Source: Cellulophaga phage phiSM. From it: DNA of 32,000 nt. The stretch lies in sequence record KC821616.1. One strand, given 5' to 3'. Within the stretch, counting starts at the first letter, position 1. Each line of letters begins with the position of its first letter. Shown in pieces: positions 9,483 to 17,676 of the stretch. The notes beneath the pieces are model-generated. The model saw only the letters and a list, made by a program, of their open reading frames with translations, was not told the DNA's origin and searched no databases. Both the position numbers and the translations under genes were made by a program.

Positions 9483-11134
9483 TATTTCTTAAACTTCAAG
9501 TTCATATCTAGTAGCACTTTGTAAAGTCGTCTACTATTCCAATTTGCCCATTTAGCGTACTCCTTAATAGTTTTCTCTTCTTTTCTAGACCATAGCTGAT
9601 TGTATAACCAGTGAATATGATACGCTTGAATCTCTCTATAAGTTGTTAGTTCTTGAAAATCCATATCTTTAAACGCTTTAGCTTTCAATGATACGCCTTT
9701 TTCATCAACTATCGAAGCGAGTTGTAAATCAGCGTCTTTGACTTTATCTTTATCTTCTGGGTATTTAAAACCGCAGAAAGGACAAAGTTTGTAAGCTGCT
9801 AAAATAAGTCTTTCACATCCTTTTTTAACTTCACCAGCGCCTTTTAATTTGTTAAGCTTTGAATCTTCTCCGCAAATTTTCATCGGCGGAACACCTCCAT
9901 CAGTTTTTGTTTCTTCATGCCATAAGCTCCAGTCTCTTTCAACATCGTAAGGACCAAACCTGCCTTTATTGCCTCCGAAATCTAAAACTGTAAAATTGAA
10001 TTTATCAATACTACCATCTCTTATAATCCTAGCTCCACGACCCAATATCTGCAAATATAAAACCAGCGACATAGTTGCTCTATACAGCCCTATAAAAGTA
10101 ACAGTAGGGTCATCAAATCCCGTAGTAGCTATATCAACATTGACTAAAATTCCGTCTTTACTCTTCTTAAACCACTCAAAAACTTGTTCCCTTTCACCGC
10201 TTAATTTGTGAAAGTTTTTTTGATACAATTTATACGACTTAAATTTTTCATCAAAAATAGCTTTAGAAGCTGGTGTCCATTTCCTTGGCTCCTTTGGAGA
10301 AGAAGGATTTGACGCTATAAACTTAGCGGGTATTCCTGCTTTGTGCAACTGCTTAGCTGTTTTAATTGCGTGCTCAACATTACAACAGAACACCATTCCT
10401 TTTTTACCCTTTGCGAATTTTAAATAATTCTTCACCAATCCTTTGTATAGTTTAGCGTTGTCGTAAGTTTTGAATAAAGATGATTCTGAAAAATCCCCTT
10501 TGCTTTTATTTACAGCTACACTGGTTAAATCAGGTTCACCGCAATTATAAATATCGCAATTTAATAAATACCCTTTTTTAATTAACCACTTTATAGGCTT
10601 TCCTTTAACTATAGCATCATATTGCACGCCTAACTGAACCATCTTCCCACTCCTTACAGGTGTAGCTGTAAAGCCTATAACGTACTTCTTTTTCATCCAC
10701 GGTATTTCAAATACCCAATTGAATTCTTGCTTGTGCGCTTCATCTATTATAATTAAATCAATTTCGTTTTTAACAAAATTTAACCAAACAGGACTTTTCA
10801 TTCTGTTTTGCATAGTGCGCGACATGCCTACGTAAATATCTTTCGTTTTGTCAATGAACTTTACTCCGCTAGAAATATAGAAAGGATTCATTTTGAATTT
10901 TTCTATCGTTCCACCAGCTTGAGACAGTAGCTCAGTTCTATCAGTCAATATAAGTACTTTTTTACTTTTCTTTGATACTCTAGATGATATAGCTGAGAAC
11001 ATAATAGTTTTACCTGAACCTGTAGCTGATTGCCCTAGAACATGGTAATTTCCTTTTCTAAATTGCTTATTTATATTCTTTACAAAACTTTCTTGGTACT
11101 TGTATAAAATAATATCTTCAACTGTTTCCTTCAT
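9482..11134 (-). CDS. SF2 DEAD/DEAH-box helicase
   Basis: Walker A SATGSGKT, Walker B IIDEAH, helicase C-terminal motif YLQILGRGARI, and a CPFCGF zinc-like knuckle. Confidence 0.9.
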   Translation of the reverse strand: MKETVEDIILYKYQESFVKNINKQFRKGNYHVLGQSATGSGKTIMFSAISSRVSKKSKKVLILTDRTELLSQAGGTIEKFKMNPFYISSGVKFIDKTKDIYVGMSRTMQNRMKSPVWLNFVKNEIDLIIIDEAHKQEFNWVFEIPWMKKKYVIGFTATPVRSGKMVQLGVQYDAIVKGKPIKWLIKKGYLLNCDIYNCGEPDLTSVAVNKSKGDFSESSLFKTYDNAKLYKGLVKNYLKFAKGKKGMVFCCNVEHAIKTAKQLHKAGIPAKFIASNPSSPKEPRKWTPASKAIFDEKFKSYKLYQKNFHKLSGEREQVFEWFKKSKDGILVNVDIATTGFDDPTVTFIGLYRATMSLVLYLQILGRGARIIRDGSIDKFNFTVLDFGGNKGRFGPYDVERDWSLWHEETKTDGGVPPMKICGEDSKLNKLKGAGEVKKGCERLILAAYKLCPFCGFKYPEDKDKVKDADLQLASIVDEKGVSLKAKAFKDMDFQELTTYREIQAYHIHWLYNQLWSRKEEKTIKEYAKWANWNSRRLYKVLLDMNLKFKK

Positions 11135-11135
11135 A

Positions 11136-11167
11136 CAAATATACTTTCTTATTTGTTCTTATGCAAA
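11136..11167 (-). promoter_or_regulatory. Bacteroidetes-type promoter, TTTG-N20-TATATTTG
   Basis: CAAATATA at 11136-11143, CAAA at 11164-11167, dyad at 11163-11176. Confidence 0.65.
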
Positions 11168-11329
11168 ACTTTTTGCATTTTTAATTAATAAACCAACACC
11201 TTTCTCTTTACTTTCAATAAAATTGTATTCACTTTTTGAGAACCATTTCTTTTTTGAGCCTCCGAAAGGACCTATTTCAGTAAGTATACACCAATGAGTA
11301 TCGTTTTCAGACCAACAAGGGAATACTAC
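11159..11329 (-). other. Candidate -1 frameshift extension of the YqaJ-like exonuclease (56 codons)
   Basis: Slippery heptamer A_AAA_AAG (+ strand 11329-11335) abuts the TAG stop. The -1 frame reads VVFPCWSENDTHWCILTEIGPFGGSKKKWFSKSEYNFIESKEKGVGLLIKNAKSFA*. Confidence 0.5.
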
Positions 11330-12345
11330 TTTTTTCGGTTCTTCTTGATGTTTTTTTTTAAACTTTCTATGAATTTCGATTTTGATTTTGATATAATTTT
11401 AACATCAGTTTCATTATTCATTTCACCAGCAAACGGTAAAGGCGGAATATACTTGTTTAATTTTTCAGGATTGTCTTCGTAAAAAGAAATACATTCGCTA
11501 AGTACTGTATCTAAATCTCCGCCGTCTGAGAGCCAATCATTTAAAGCATCTTCAGCAATAGCTAATCTTTTAAGTAAAGCGTCTTGATGTGGCTTAGAAG
11601 CTTTTACAATTTCGATTGAAACCTTACATTCCTTTTTAAAGTCTTCATACAACTCCATTATGTCGCCTTGGTGAAATAAATACTTAGTTTTGTCTTCCGG
11701 GGGTTCAGCTACTACATAGTAGCAGGTGTCTACATTGTGAGCAATAGTTTGTCCGCATATCTGCCAAAAGTCTTTACTCTTTTCGTCAGTAGTTTTGAAC
11801 GTCCTATCGTAATGAGTAGTCCATCTAGTACATGCTTTCATTTCTACTGTAGCTTCAGTCTTACCATTTAAAACCACAATTGAATCCGACGAAACTCCAG
11901 CGTTGGGCATTGAGTCGAATTTTTTAAAACCTACTTTTTTAAGCTTGCCTTCAACTTTCATCTCCTTAAGCTTTTCCTTAGTGATTCTACGTATTAAAGG
12001 CTCAACTTTAGTTCCGTACTGCATATCCCAGCTCCCGTCACCGTCGTCTACATATCTGCCAGTTTGCCTTTCTTTAGCATTTTCATAGATATACTTTATA
12101 GAAGTTAATCCAAAAGAGAAAACTTTATCAAGGTTATCCCAGCTTCCTTTTCCTTTTCCTTGAGCGCAAGACATAAGGCTAGCTAATTGGCTTCCTGTCC
12201 ATCTACCTCGCCTATCAATCTTCCATTTCTTTGTTCGCTGAAGTTCTTTCTTTTTAGCTTTCTTTTCCTTTTTTGAAACTTTTATTTGAATAGCGCTTTC
12301 GTTAACTGTTGAAAAGCTTATATTGGTTTTTTTAAGCTTAGACAT
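11326..12345 (-). CDS. YqaJ/lambda-type exonuclease
   Basis: RRGRWTGSQLASLM, QYGTKVEPLIRR, SMPNAGVSSDSIV, ATVEMKAC, DFWQICGQTIAH. Confidence 0.8.
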   Translation of the reverse strand: MSKLKKTNISFSTVNESAIQIKVSKKEKKAKKKELQRTKKWKIDRRGRWTGSQLASLMSCAQGKGKGSWDNLDKVFSFGLTSIKYIYENAKERQTGRYVDDGDGSWDMQYGTKVEPLIRRITKEKLKEMKVEGKLKKVGFKKFDSMPNAGVSSDSIVVLNGKTEATVEMKACTRWTTHYDRTFKTTDEKSKDFWQICGQTIAHNVDTCYYVVAEPPEDKTKYLFHQGDIMELYEDFKKECKVSIEIVKASKPHQDALLKRLAIAEDALNDWLSDGGDLDTVLSECISFYEDNPEKLNKYIPPLPFAGEMNNETDVKIISKSKSKFIESLKKNIKKNRKK

Positions 12346-12900
12346 CTATTTATTTTTAGCTTTCTTTGATTTCTTTTTAGGAGCTTCTTCGTTCTTTGAA
12401 AGATTATAGTCTGAGCTAATTGCTCTACCTAAGTTTCTTCCAAATATATTACCTATAGTGCTTAAAGCGTTACTGATTGCTGCTGTTCTAGCTGCTGGCA
12501 AGTTATATTCAAGTGCGTTGGTTTTTTTACCTAAAGGAAATTTAGCTACTGAAGCACCTGAGTCACATTGAACAGGTTTTGAACCTAAGCCTGAAAAGTA
12601 TCGATATTCAGCGTTAGGGTAACTAGGTAATCCTTGACATTTTACATGTACAACTATTTCGTTAACAACTAATTCAGACCTAGCATCAATAACATCAAAA
12701 GCATCAAAAAATATGTCCTGAAGAGCTTGTTGGTATTGAATTGGTAAATAAGTTGATTTTTTAGCTCCGCCTAAAGTTCTTTCTTTTATCCATCCACCAC
12801 TTGGAGCGGCATTGAGCGCTTTTTGCCAAGCTTTCTTTGAATTAAAGTTGTGCTCTTCAGTTGTCACTATTGCTTTTGGTGTTTCTTCTTCTTTACTCAT
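12346..12900 (-). CDS. Rad52/ERF-like single-strand annealing protein
   Basis: Adjacent to the YqaJ-like exonuclease. Contains YNLPAARTAAISNALSTIGNIFGRNLGR. Lysine-rich C-terminus. Confidence 0.5.
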   Translation of the reverse strand: MSKEEETPKAIVTTEEHNFNSKKAWQKALNAAPSGGWIKERTLGGAKKSTYLPIQYQQALQDIFFDAFDVIDARSELVVNEIVVHVKCQGLPSYPNAEYRYFSGLGSKPVQCDSGASVAKFPLGKKTNALEYNLPAARTAAISNALSTIGNIFGRNLGRAISSDYNLSKNEEAPKKKSKKAKNK

Positions 12901-13252
12901 CGAAATATTTTACAGGAATTAAAATTTGTTCATTACTTAAGTATATTCCAAAATCATTTACATCAGTTTCTTCACTAAATAATTTAGGTTCATTTTCAAT
13001 TACTCCTTTTGAGTTTATTAACCAATAAGGTTTTCCGTAACTAGGTTTCCAAACTGCTCTTTTTTCTTTTTTGTTTTTGTCACTTTTAACATAATGCGAA
13101 ACTTCAAGAAAGTCAATCTTTTTTCCTTTTCTTAAGCTTATCTTTATTTGAACGGTTTTTTCCTTTTTTGTCTTTTTTTCCTTTTTTGTCTTTTTTTCCT
13201 TTTTTGTCTTTTTTTCCTTTTTTGCCATCGCTGAAATGTTGTTTGATTTCAT
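12893..13252 (-). CDS. Hypothetical protein with N-terminal (KKEKKT)n tract
   Basis: 119-aa ORF. An internal ATG at 13228 (MAKKEKK) is an alternative start. Confidence 0.6.
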   Translation of the reverse strand: MKSNNISAMAKKEKKTKKEKKTKKEKKTKKEKTVQIKISLRKGKKIDFLEVSHYVKSDKNKKEKRAVWKPSYGKPYWLINSKGVIENEPKLFSEETDVNDFGIYLSNEQILIPVKYFDE

Positions 13253-13457
13253 TCACCTGCTCCCTTGTGTATCCAACTCTATTATTATGAGCGTCACAGC
13301 AAACCCAGGAACTTTCTTCAGTTAAGTGACTAGCAAATCCTGATTGCTTAGTTGTTCCGTCTTTAAAAATCAAAGAACATTGAAAATCAGATTTACCTAC
13401 TTCTATTGGAATTTTCAGGAATATTTCTCCTTTTTTGAATTTCTTTATCAAGTTCAT
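13113..13457 (-). CDS. Hypothetical protein with C-terminal (KKGKKD)n tract
   Basis: 114-aa ORF overlapping the next gene by 140 nt in a different frame. Confidence 0.6.
   Translation of the reverse strand: MNLIKKFKKGEIFLKIPIEVGKSDFQCSLIFKDGTTKQSGFASHLTEESSWVCCDAHNNRVGYTREQVNEIKQHFSDGKKGKKDKKGKKDKKGKKDKKGKNRSNKDKLKKRKKD
13162..13224 (-). repeat. 18-nt tandem repeat (ccttttttgtcttttttt on +), about 3.5 copies
   Basis: Directly visible; read in two frames by overlapping ORFs. Confidence 0.95.
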
Positions 13458-13566
13458 TTAACGTTTTGTTAAAATTAATGTCGTTTTCTATTTTCGAAGA
13501 AGTAACTGTTTTTCCCGATATATTAATACCTATGAATTTAAACTCAATAGCTTTTCCTTTTCTCAT
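13393..13566 (-). CDS. Small hypothetical protein, 57 aa
   Basis: MRKGKAIEFKFIGINISGKTVTSSKIENDINFNKTLNELDKEIQKRRNIPENSNRSR*. Fills the gap downstream of a promoter-like element; below the size cut of the supplied track. Confidence 0.45.
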   Translation of the reverse strand: MRKGKAIEFKFIGINISGKTVTSSKIENDINFNKTLNELDKEIQKRRNIPENSNRSR

Positions 13567-13591
13567 AGCATGTGTTTTATTATCTACGAAG

Positions 13592-13623
13592 CGAATATAC
13601 GATGCTTTATAGAATTATGCAAA
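13592..13623 (-). promoter_or_regulatory. Variant promoter, TTTG-N20-TATATTCG, with degenerate dyad
   Basis: CGAATATA at 13592-13599 and GCAAATGTTTTTGC at 13619-13632. Confidence 0.4.
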
Positions 13624-13638
13624 TGTTTTTGCATAAAT

Positions 13639-14538
13639 TTAATACCTTATGCCATGTTTGTCAGTTATGTGAAAGAAACTTGAAAGAGAAACTTTGTTCA
13701 TATTTCTACATCCATCAAACTTTGCATCAGCTTTCTTGTACTTATAACCACTATAGAATCTACTAATTCTGTGAAAATAATCTCTTCCGTTTTCTCCAAA
13801 CGAATTGTATAAAGCACCCGCTATTTTATACCAATCCTGGTAATCAGAAGTTATATCAACACCATTAGCTTCAATAACACTTATAATTGACTCGACTTTT
13901 TGCTGGTCGTCTTTATTGTTAAAATTTTCAGTTCGCTTAGCTTTTATCTTTCGTTTTTTAGGTATTTCATAAGCTTCGGCTTTCTTGTTGTAATAAGCGT
14001 TAGGGTCATAGCTAAAAAACCTTAATCTAGTGCGGTCTTTACAGCTTTCATCAATGTTAACTCCTATTCTATTAAGCTTCTTTTTAAAGTGCTTAAAAGC
14101 TTTTAAAAGCGATGTTCCTTTCTTTAACCTTATTATTATATACATTCCATCTTGAACATCTTTTCCATTGCTTGAAACTGAATAACCAACATAGTAACAG
14201 CTTTTCACATTGATAAAAAGCTCTTTCACTTTTTCAAGGTCGACGCATAAGTTACATTTGGAAGTTTTATTCTTAGCATACCTGTCAATGTCAAGAACTA
14301 TAAAATCATTCTTTTTCCTTATGTTATCTAGATGGCGTCTGTCTTTGAAAGTAGCTGAAATAGTGACGCAAGGAATACTCCTTTTAAGTCTAGCAAAACC
14401 AAGCTTTCTGTATTGATTAACTTTGCTTTTTAACTCACTAGGAGGGTCGATAGTTTTACTAAGCCAGTCATCAAGGTTAGTTGACTTTGGCTTAGTATCA
14501 CCTACATTTTCAAAATAAGATATTTTATGCTTTTTCAT
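13639..14538 (-). CDS. BT4734/VirE-N-like primase with PriCT-2-like C-terminus
   Basis: DFIVLDIDRY, YVGYSVSSNGKDVQDGMYIIIRL, DWYKIAGALYNSFGENGRDYFHRISRF. Confidence 0.65.
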   Translation of the reverse strand: MKKHKISYFENVGDTKPKSTNLDDWLSKTIDPPSELKSKVNQYRKLGFARLKRSIPCVTISATFKDRRHLDNIRKKNDFIVLDIDRYAKNKTSKCNLCVDLEKVKELFINVKSCYYVGYSVSSNGKDVQDGMYIIIRLKKGTSLLKAFKHFKKKLNRIGVNIDESCKDRTRLRFFSYDPNAYYNKKAEAYEIPKKRKIKAKRTENFNNKDDQQKVESIISVIEANGVDITSDYQDWYKIAGALYNSFGENGRDYFHRISRFYSGYKYKKADAKFDGCRNMNKVSLSSFFHITDKHGIRY

Positions 14539-15607
14539 TCACCATGATTGGAGACAATATTCCTGTTTTCTTTTTATGCTTGATGAATAAAAAGTTTCTA
14601 GAATCTAAATACAATTTAGGTGATTCGTTGAAAACTGAAAGTATTTCAATTAAATACTTGTAATTGAAACCAACAAGTTTTTTCTCGGTAAAACTAACAT
14701 CCATCACTTCCTCAGCTCTAGTATTCATTGCTTCATTAAAACTAGATATTTCCATTTCTTTTTTAGTTATATCTAGAGTCACTGAAGGGTTCTTGTCTTT
14801 AGCAGATAAAACTGAAACTCTTTTAAGTGCTGTTGAAAACTGATTTACGTCAAGCTTCAATTCAGTTGCTTGTTTTATAGTGTCAATTAAAGTTGAAAAC
14901 ATCTTAATCGGAAAAGTTCCTTTTTGTTGTATAACTATAATTTCAGTATTACTAAATTTAAAGTAAATTTTATCTGAATTATAACGCAATTGCAGCTCCT
15001 CAGAATCTTCTATTAATGCAAATAAAGCAGAAGAAGACTTATTACTTAAAAGTATGTCTTCGCTATCACCGCTTCCTTTAATCTTTTCAGAAAAAAGTCT
15101 ATGCTTATCAGTAGCTCTTATCCATATACTGTCTGAAATAGAAATTGAAACATTTCCCATCGTATCCATTTGGTCGTCTAATAAAAATTTATTAGCAACT
15201 TTTAAGCTTGATTTAAATGTTTTGCAATCTATAGTCGCTTTTTTATCAAACTTATTATTTTGAGGATTAGGAAACTCAATCACTTCGTATGTAGGTATTT
15301 TAAAATTACCTTTCTGGTGTGTCACGCTTAATGAATTTTTAAGAAACGCGACATTAACTTCAGTATCTGAAATAACTTTAATAGCACTTAGTAGCATTGA
15401 GAAGTCTACACATAAAGATACTTCTTTGACGCTTTTTAATTTAAACGAATTAGAGCACCTTACTTCAAGGTTATCACCTGTAGCTGTTAAGCTTTCTTTA
15501 GTGAAATCTAGCTTAACGGTTTGAAGTATTGGAGTACTGTGGTTTTGATTGACTACAGACTGCAAAGGGCTTAAAATTGATAGAAATAATTTTGTATTAA
15601 TTTTCAT
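14525..15607 (-). CDS. dnaN: DNA polymerase III beta sliding clamp
   Basis: 360 aa with a DnaN-like layout: LQTVKLDFTKESLTATGDNLEVRC, IRATDKHRLFSEKI, FNYKYLIEILSVF. Confidence 0.8.
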   Translation of the reverse strand: MKINTKLFLSILSPLQSVVNQNHSTPILQTVKLDFTKESLTATGDNLEVRCSNSFKLKSVKEVSLCVDFSMLLSAIKVISDTEVNVAFLKNSLSVTHQKGNFKIPTYEVIEFPNPQNNKFDKKATIDCKTFKSSLKVANKFLLDDQMDTMGNVSISISDSIWIRATDKHRLFSEKIKGSGDSEDILLSNKSSSALFALIEDSEELQLRYNSDKIYFKFSNTEIIVIQQKGTFPIKMFSTLIDTIKQATELKLDVNQFSTALKRVSVLSAKDKNPSVTLDITKKEMEISSFNEAMNTRAEEVMDVSFTEKKLVGFNYKYLIEILSVFNESPKLYLDSRNFLFIKHKKKTGILSPIMVNEKA

Positions 15608-15773
15608 TTTTCGCGAAGTTTTTACCGTTGTTTGTTTGCTTGTGATTTCTCAACCATTTAGAAGCTGTTTTAGCTGCTGTAATACCTGAAATCGTTTTAG
15701 CTTTACTATTGTTCATAGAGTCTTGATCAGAGAAGTTTCTCATTGCTCTAGTTGCTTGGTTTTCATGTTCCAT
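15597..15773 (-). CDS. Small hypothetical protein, 58 aa
   Basis: MEHENQATRAMRNFSDQDSMNNSKAKTISG... starts in overlap with the queE stop; the track ORF extends to 15845. Confidence 0.5.
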   Translation of the reverse strand: MEHENQATRAMRNFSDQDSMNNSKAKTISGITAAKTASKWLRNHKQTNNGKNFAKNEN

Positions 15774-16489
15774 TATACTCCTGTTTTTTGGTTCCAAATT
15801 ACTATATGAAGTCTTTCGCTGTATCTTAATCCTAGATTTATACATTGCTCAACTACTATTTTTCTAGTTTCAGTAAGCTCATCTCTAGTAGCTCCTGCCG
15901 GCATCAATATTATGTCTTTTTGATTTATAAAATCAAAATCATTAGCTATCTCAATTAAATCATCAGCATGAGATATCACGAATTTAAAAGTTGATATATT
16001 TCCTTTGTATTGCGACATTTTGTTGAGTGCTTCAACGTTAATTCTACGATGCTTGCTTTCGCCGGAATTACTTAGTTTAGGGCTGCAATTCCAATGCCTA
16101 ATCCTCCATAACAACACGTCACTTGGAGTTATAGTTCCATTTGTTTCAATTTCAATTACAGGAAACAACTTTTTTTCTAATTGTAGCCATTCAAGAAACT
16201 TTTCAATCTTTGCCATATGTAGCAAGGGCTCGCCTCCTGTAATGACTAAATGAACTCTATGTGTCTTCAATCTTTCAATTTCAACATCAGTAAAAACAGC
16301 ATCAAAACTGGTTTTAGTACCCTTTCTCCATACCTCGATTGAGTCACATATCCAGTTTGAAGATTTACATAATAAATTACAACCCGATAACCTTAAAAAT
16401 ATAGCAGGAATTCCTGTTGTGCGTCCTTCGCCTTGTATGCTTAGGAATTTTTCTGATACGTTTAAAAAATCTCTATCTTCCTTTTCCAT
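15773..16489 (-). CDS. queE: 7-carboxy-7-deazaguanine synthase (radical SAM)
   Basis: FLSIQGEGRTTGIPAIFLRLSGCNLLC, ITGGEPLL, VIEIETNGT, NCSPKLSNSGE. The start is likely MEKEDRD rather than the track start at 16546. Confidence 0.85.
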   Translation of the reverse strand: MEKEDRDFLNVSEKFLSIQGEGRTTGIPAIFLRLSGCNLLCKSSNWICDSIEVWRKGTKTSFDAVFTDVEIERLKTHRVHLVITGGEPLLHMAKIEKFLEWLQLEKKLFPVIEIETNGTITPSDVLLWRIRHWNCSPKLSNSGESKHRRINVEALNKMSQYKGNISTFKFVISHADDLIEIANDFDFINQKDIILMPAGATRDELTETRKIVVEQCINLGLRYSERLHIVIWNQKTGV

Positions 16490-16964
16490 AATATATTGCT
16501 GAATTTTTTTCGTTTTCAATACACTCGACGCAAAGAATTTTTGCATCGTTATTTTTGCTAATATAACCTAATTTATTATTTAAGAAATGCCAAACAAATT
16601 CAGCGAAATACTCACAGCCAACTCTTTCAAGTATTCTTAAATCTAAAGCCTCTCTATCAAGTTCTTGTAAAGCTTGTCTTGACGGATCATCTATAGCTAC
16701 TATAGTAGTGTGATCAAACATGTAAGAAAACCAATCTCTTATTGTCCAAGATCCAGTTTCATCTATCATGTTGGGTACTTTAGTTTTCAAGAATCCGAAA
16801 TCCATCACCCAATTATTAGCGTCCAACGTGCTACTCTCAAAAGTTACTTTAAATTTTAAAGAGTATCCGTGTAGAAGCCTACAGTGGGATTCAGCTCTAA
16901 ATTGTCTGAAACACGCACTGAAGCCGTCTATCACTTTAGTTGATTGATACAACCCTCTATCCAT
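16473..16964 (-). CDS. queD: QueD/PTPS-family 6-carboxytetrahydropterin synthase
   Basis: SACFRQFRAESHCRLLHGYSLKFKV, NNWVMDFGFLK, MFDHTTIVAIDDP. Sits between queC and queE. Confidence 0.75.
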   Translation of the reverse strand: MDRGLYQSTKVIDGFSACFRQFRAESHCRLLHGYSLKFKVTFESSTLDANNWVMDFGFLKTKVPNMIDETGSWTIRDWFSYMFDHTTIVAIDDPSRQALQELDREALDLRILERVGCEYFAEFVWHFLNNKLGYISKNNDAKILCVECIENEKNSAIYYGKGR

Positions 16965-17667
16965 TCTTGTTAACGTTTAAAGGATTATTCATTCTTTCTA
17001 AATGAAGAAAATCTTCATAACCTTTAACTCTAAGCAAACAAGCTGGACAAGTTCCGCACCCTTTGCCTGACTCTAAGACTATATCTCTTACTCCATTGTA
17101 ACAAGTATGAGATTCAGCTAAAACAGCTTCTAAGCAGTTCTCTTGCTTTGCTAACATAAAAGTTTCAGCTTTATTTAGATGCATTAATGGAGTATCAATT
17201 GCGATAGTTGACATAGAGCCTAAGTTAGTAACGCCTTGAAGTGCTGTAATGAATTCAAGTCTACAATCAGGGTAACCGCTGTAATCAGTTTGGCAAACTC
17301 CTGTTACTAGTGCTTGAGCTCCTATTTTTTGAGCGTAGGCATGTGAAAGAGTTATGAATAATTGATTTCTATTAGGAACGAATGAAGCTGGTAATCCTTT
17401 TTCATTTATCAGCTCTACATTTCCGTTAGAAGTTAGTGCTGATTCAACTAACGTATCTAGAAACGATATATCAATAACGGTTTGCTTAACTGAAGGAGCG
17501 TATTTTTCTAAAATGATTTTAGATTGCTCAATTTCAACGCTATGCTTTTGACCGTAATTAAAAGTTATAGCCTCAACTTCATCGTATCTGTTTAAAGCCC
17601 AGAATAGGCAGGTTGTAGAATCTTGTCCTCCTGAAAAGATTACCACCGCTTTTGTTGTTTTCTGCAT
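16957..17667 (-). CDS. queC: 7-cyano-7-deazaguanine synthase
   Basis: VVIFSGGQDSTTCLFWAL, NYGQKH, FVPNRN, GYPDCR, CxxCxAC-type zinc site (GKGCGTCPACLLR). Confidence 0.95.
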   Translation of the reverse strand: MQKTTKAVVIFSGGQDSTTCLFWALNRYDEVEAITFNYGQKHSVEIEQSKIILEKYAPSVKQTVIDISFLDTLVESALTSNGNVELINEKGLPASFVPNRNQLFITLSHAYAQKIGAQALVTGVCQTDYSGYPDCRLEFITALQGVTNLGSMSTIAIDTPLMHLNKAETFMLAKQENCLEAVLAESHTCYNGVRDIVLESGKGCGTCPACLLRVKGYEDFLHLERMNNPLNVNKNG

Positions 17668-17676
17668 TGTTTTAAT

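Noticed and set aside
11100-11482. Plus-strand track ORFs at 11100-11297 and 11294-11482
   Set aside because: Antisense to the helicase, the exonuclease and the candidate -1 extension, low-complexity F/S/I-rich composition, no promoter or neighbours on this strand.
13162-13224. Programmed -1 frameshift linking the 13113-13457 ORF to the 12893-13252 ORF through the A-rich repeat
   Set aside because: The frame relation needed is +1 (or -2), not -1, and the downstream ORF has its own ATGs at 13252 and 13228. Treated as an overlapping gene pair instead.
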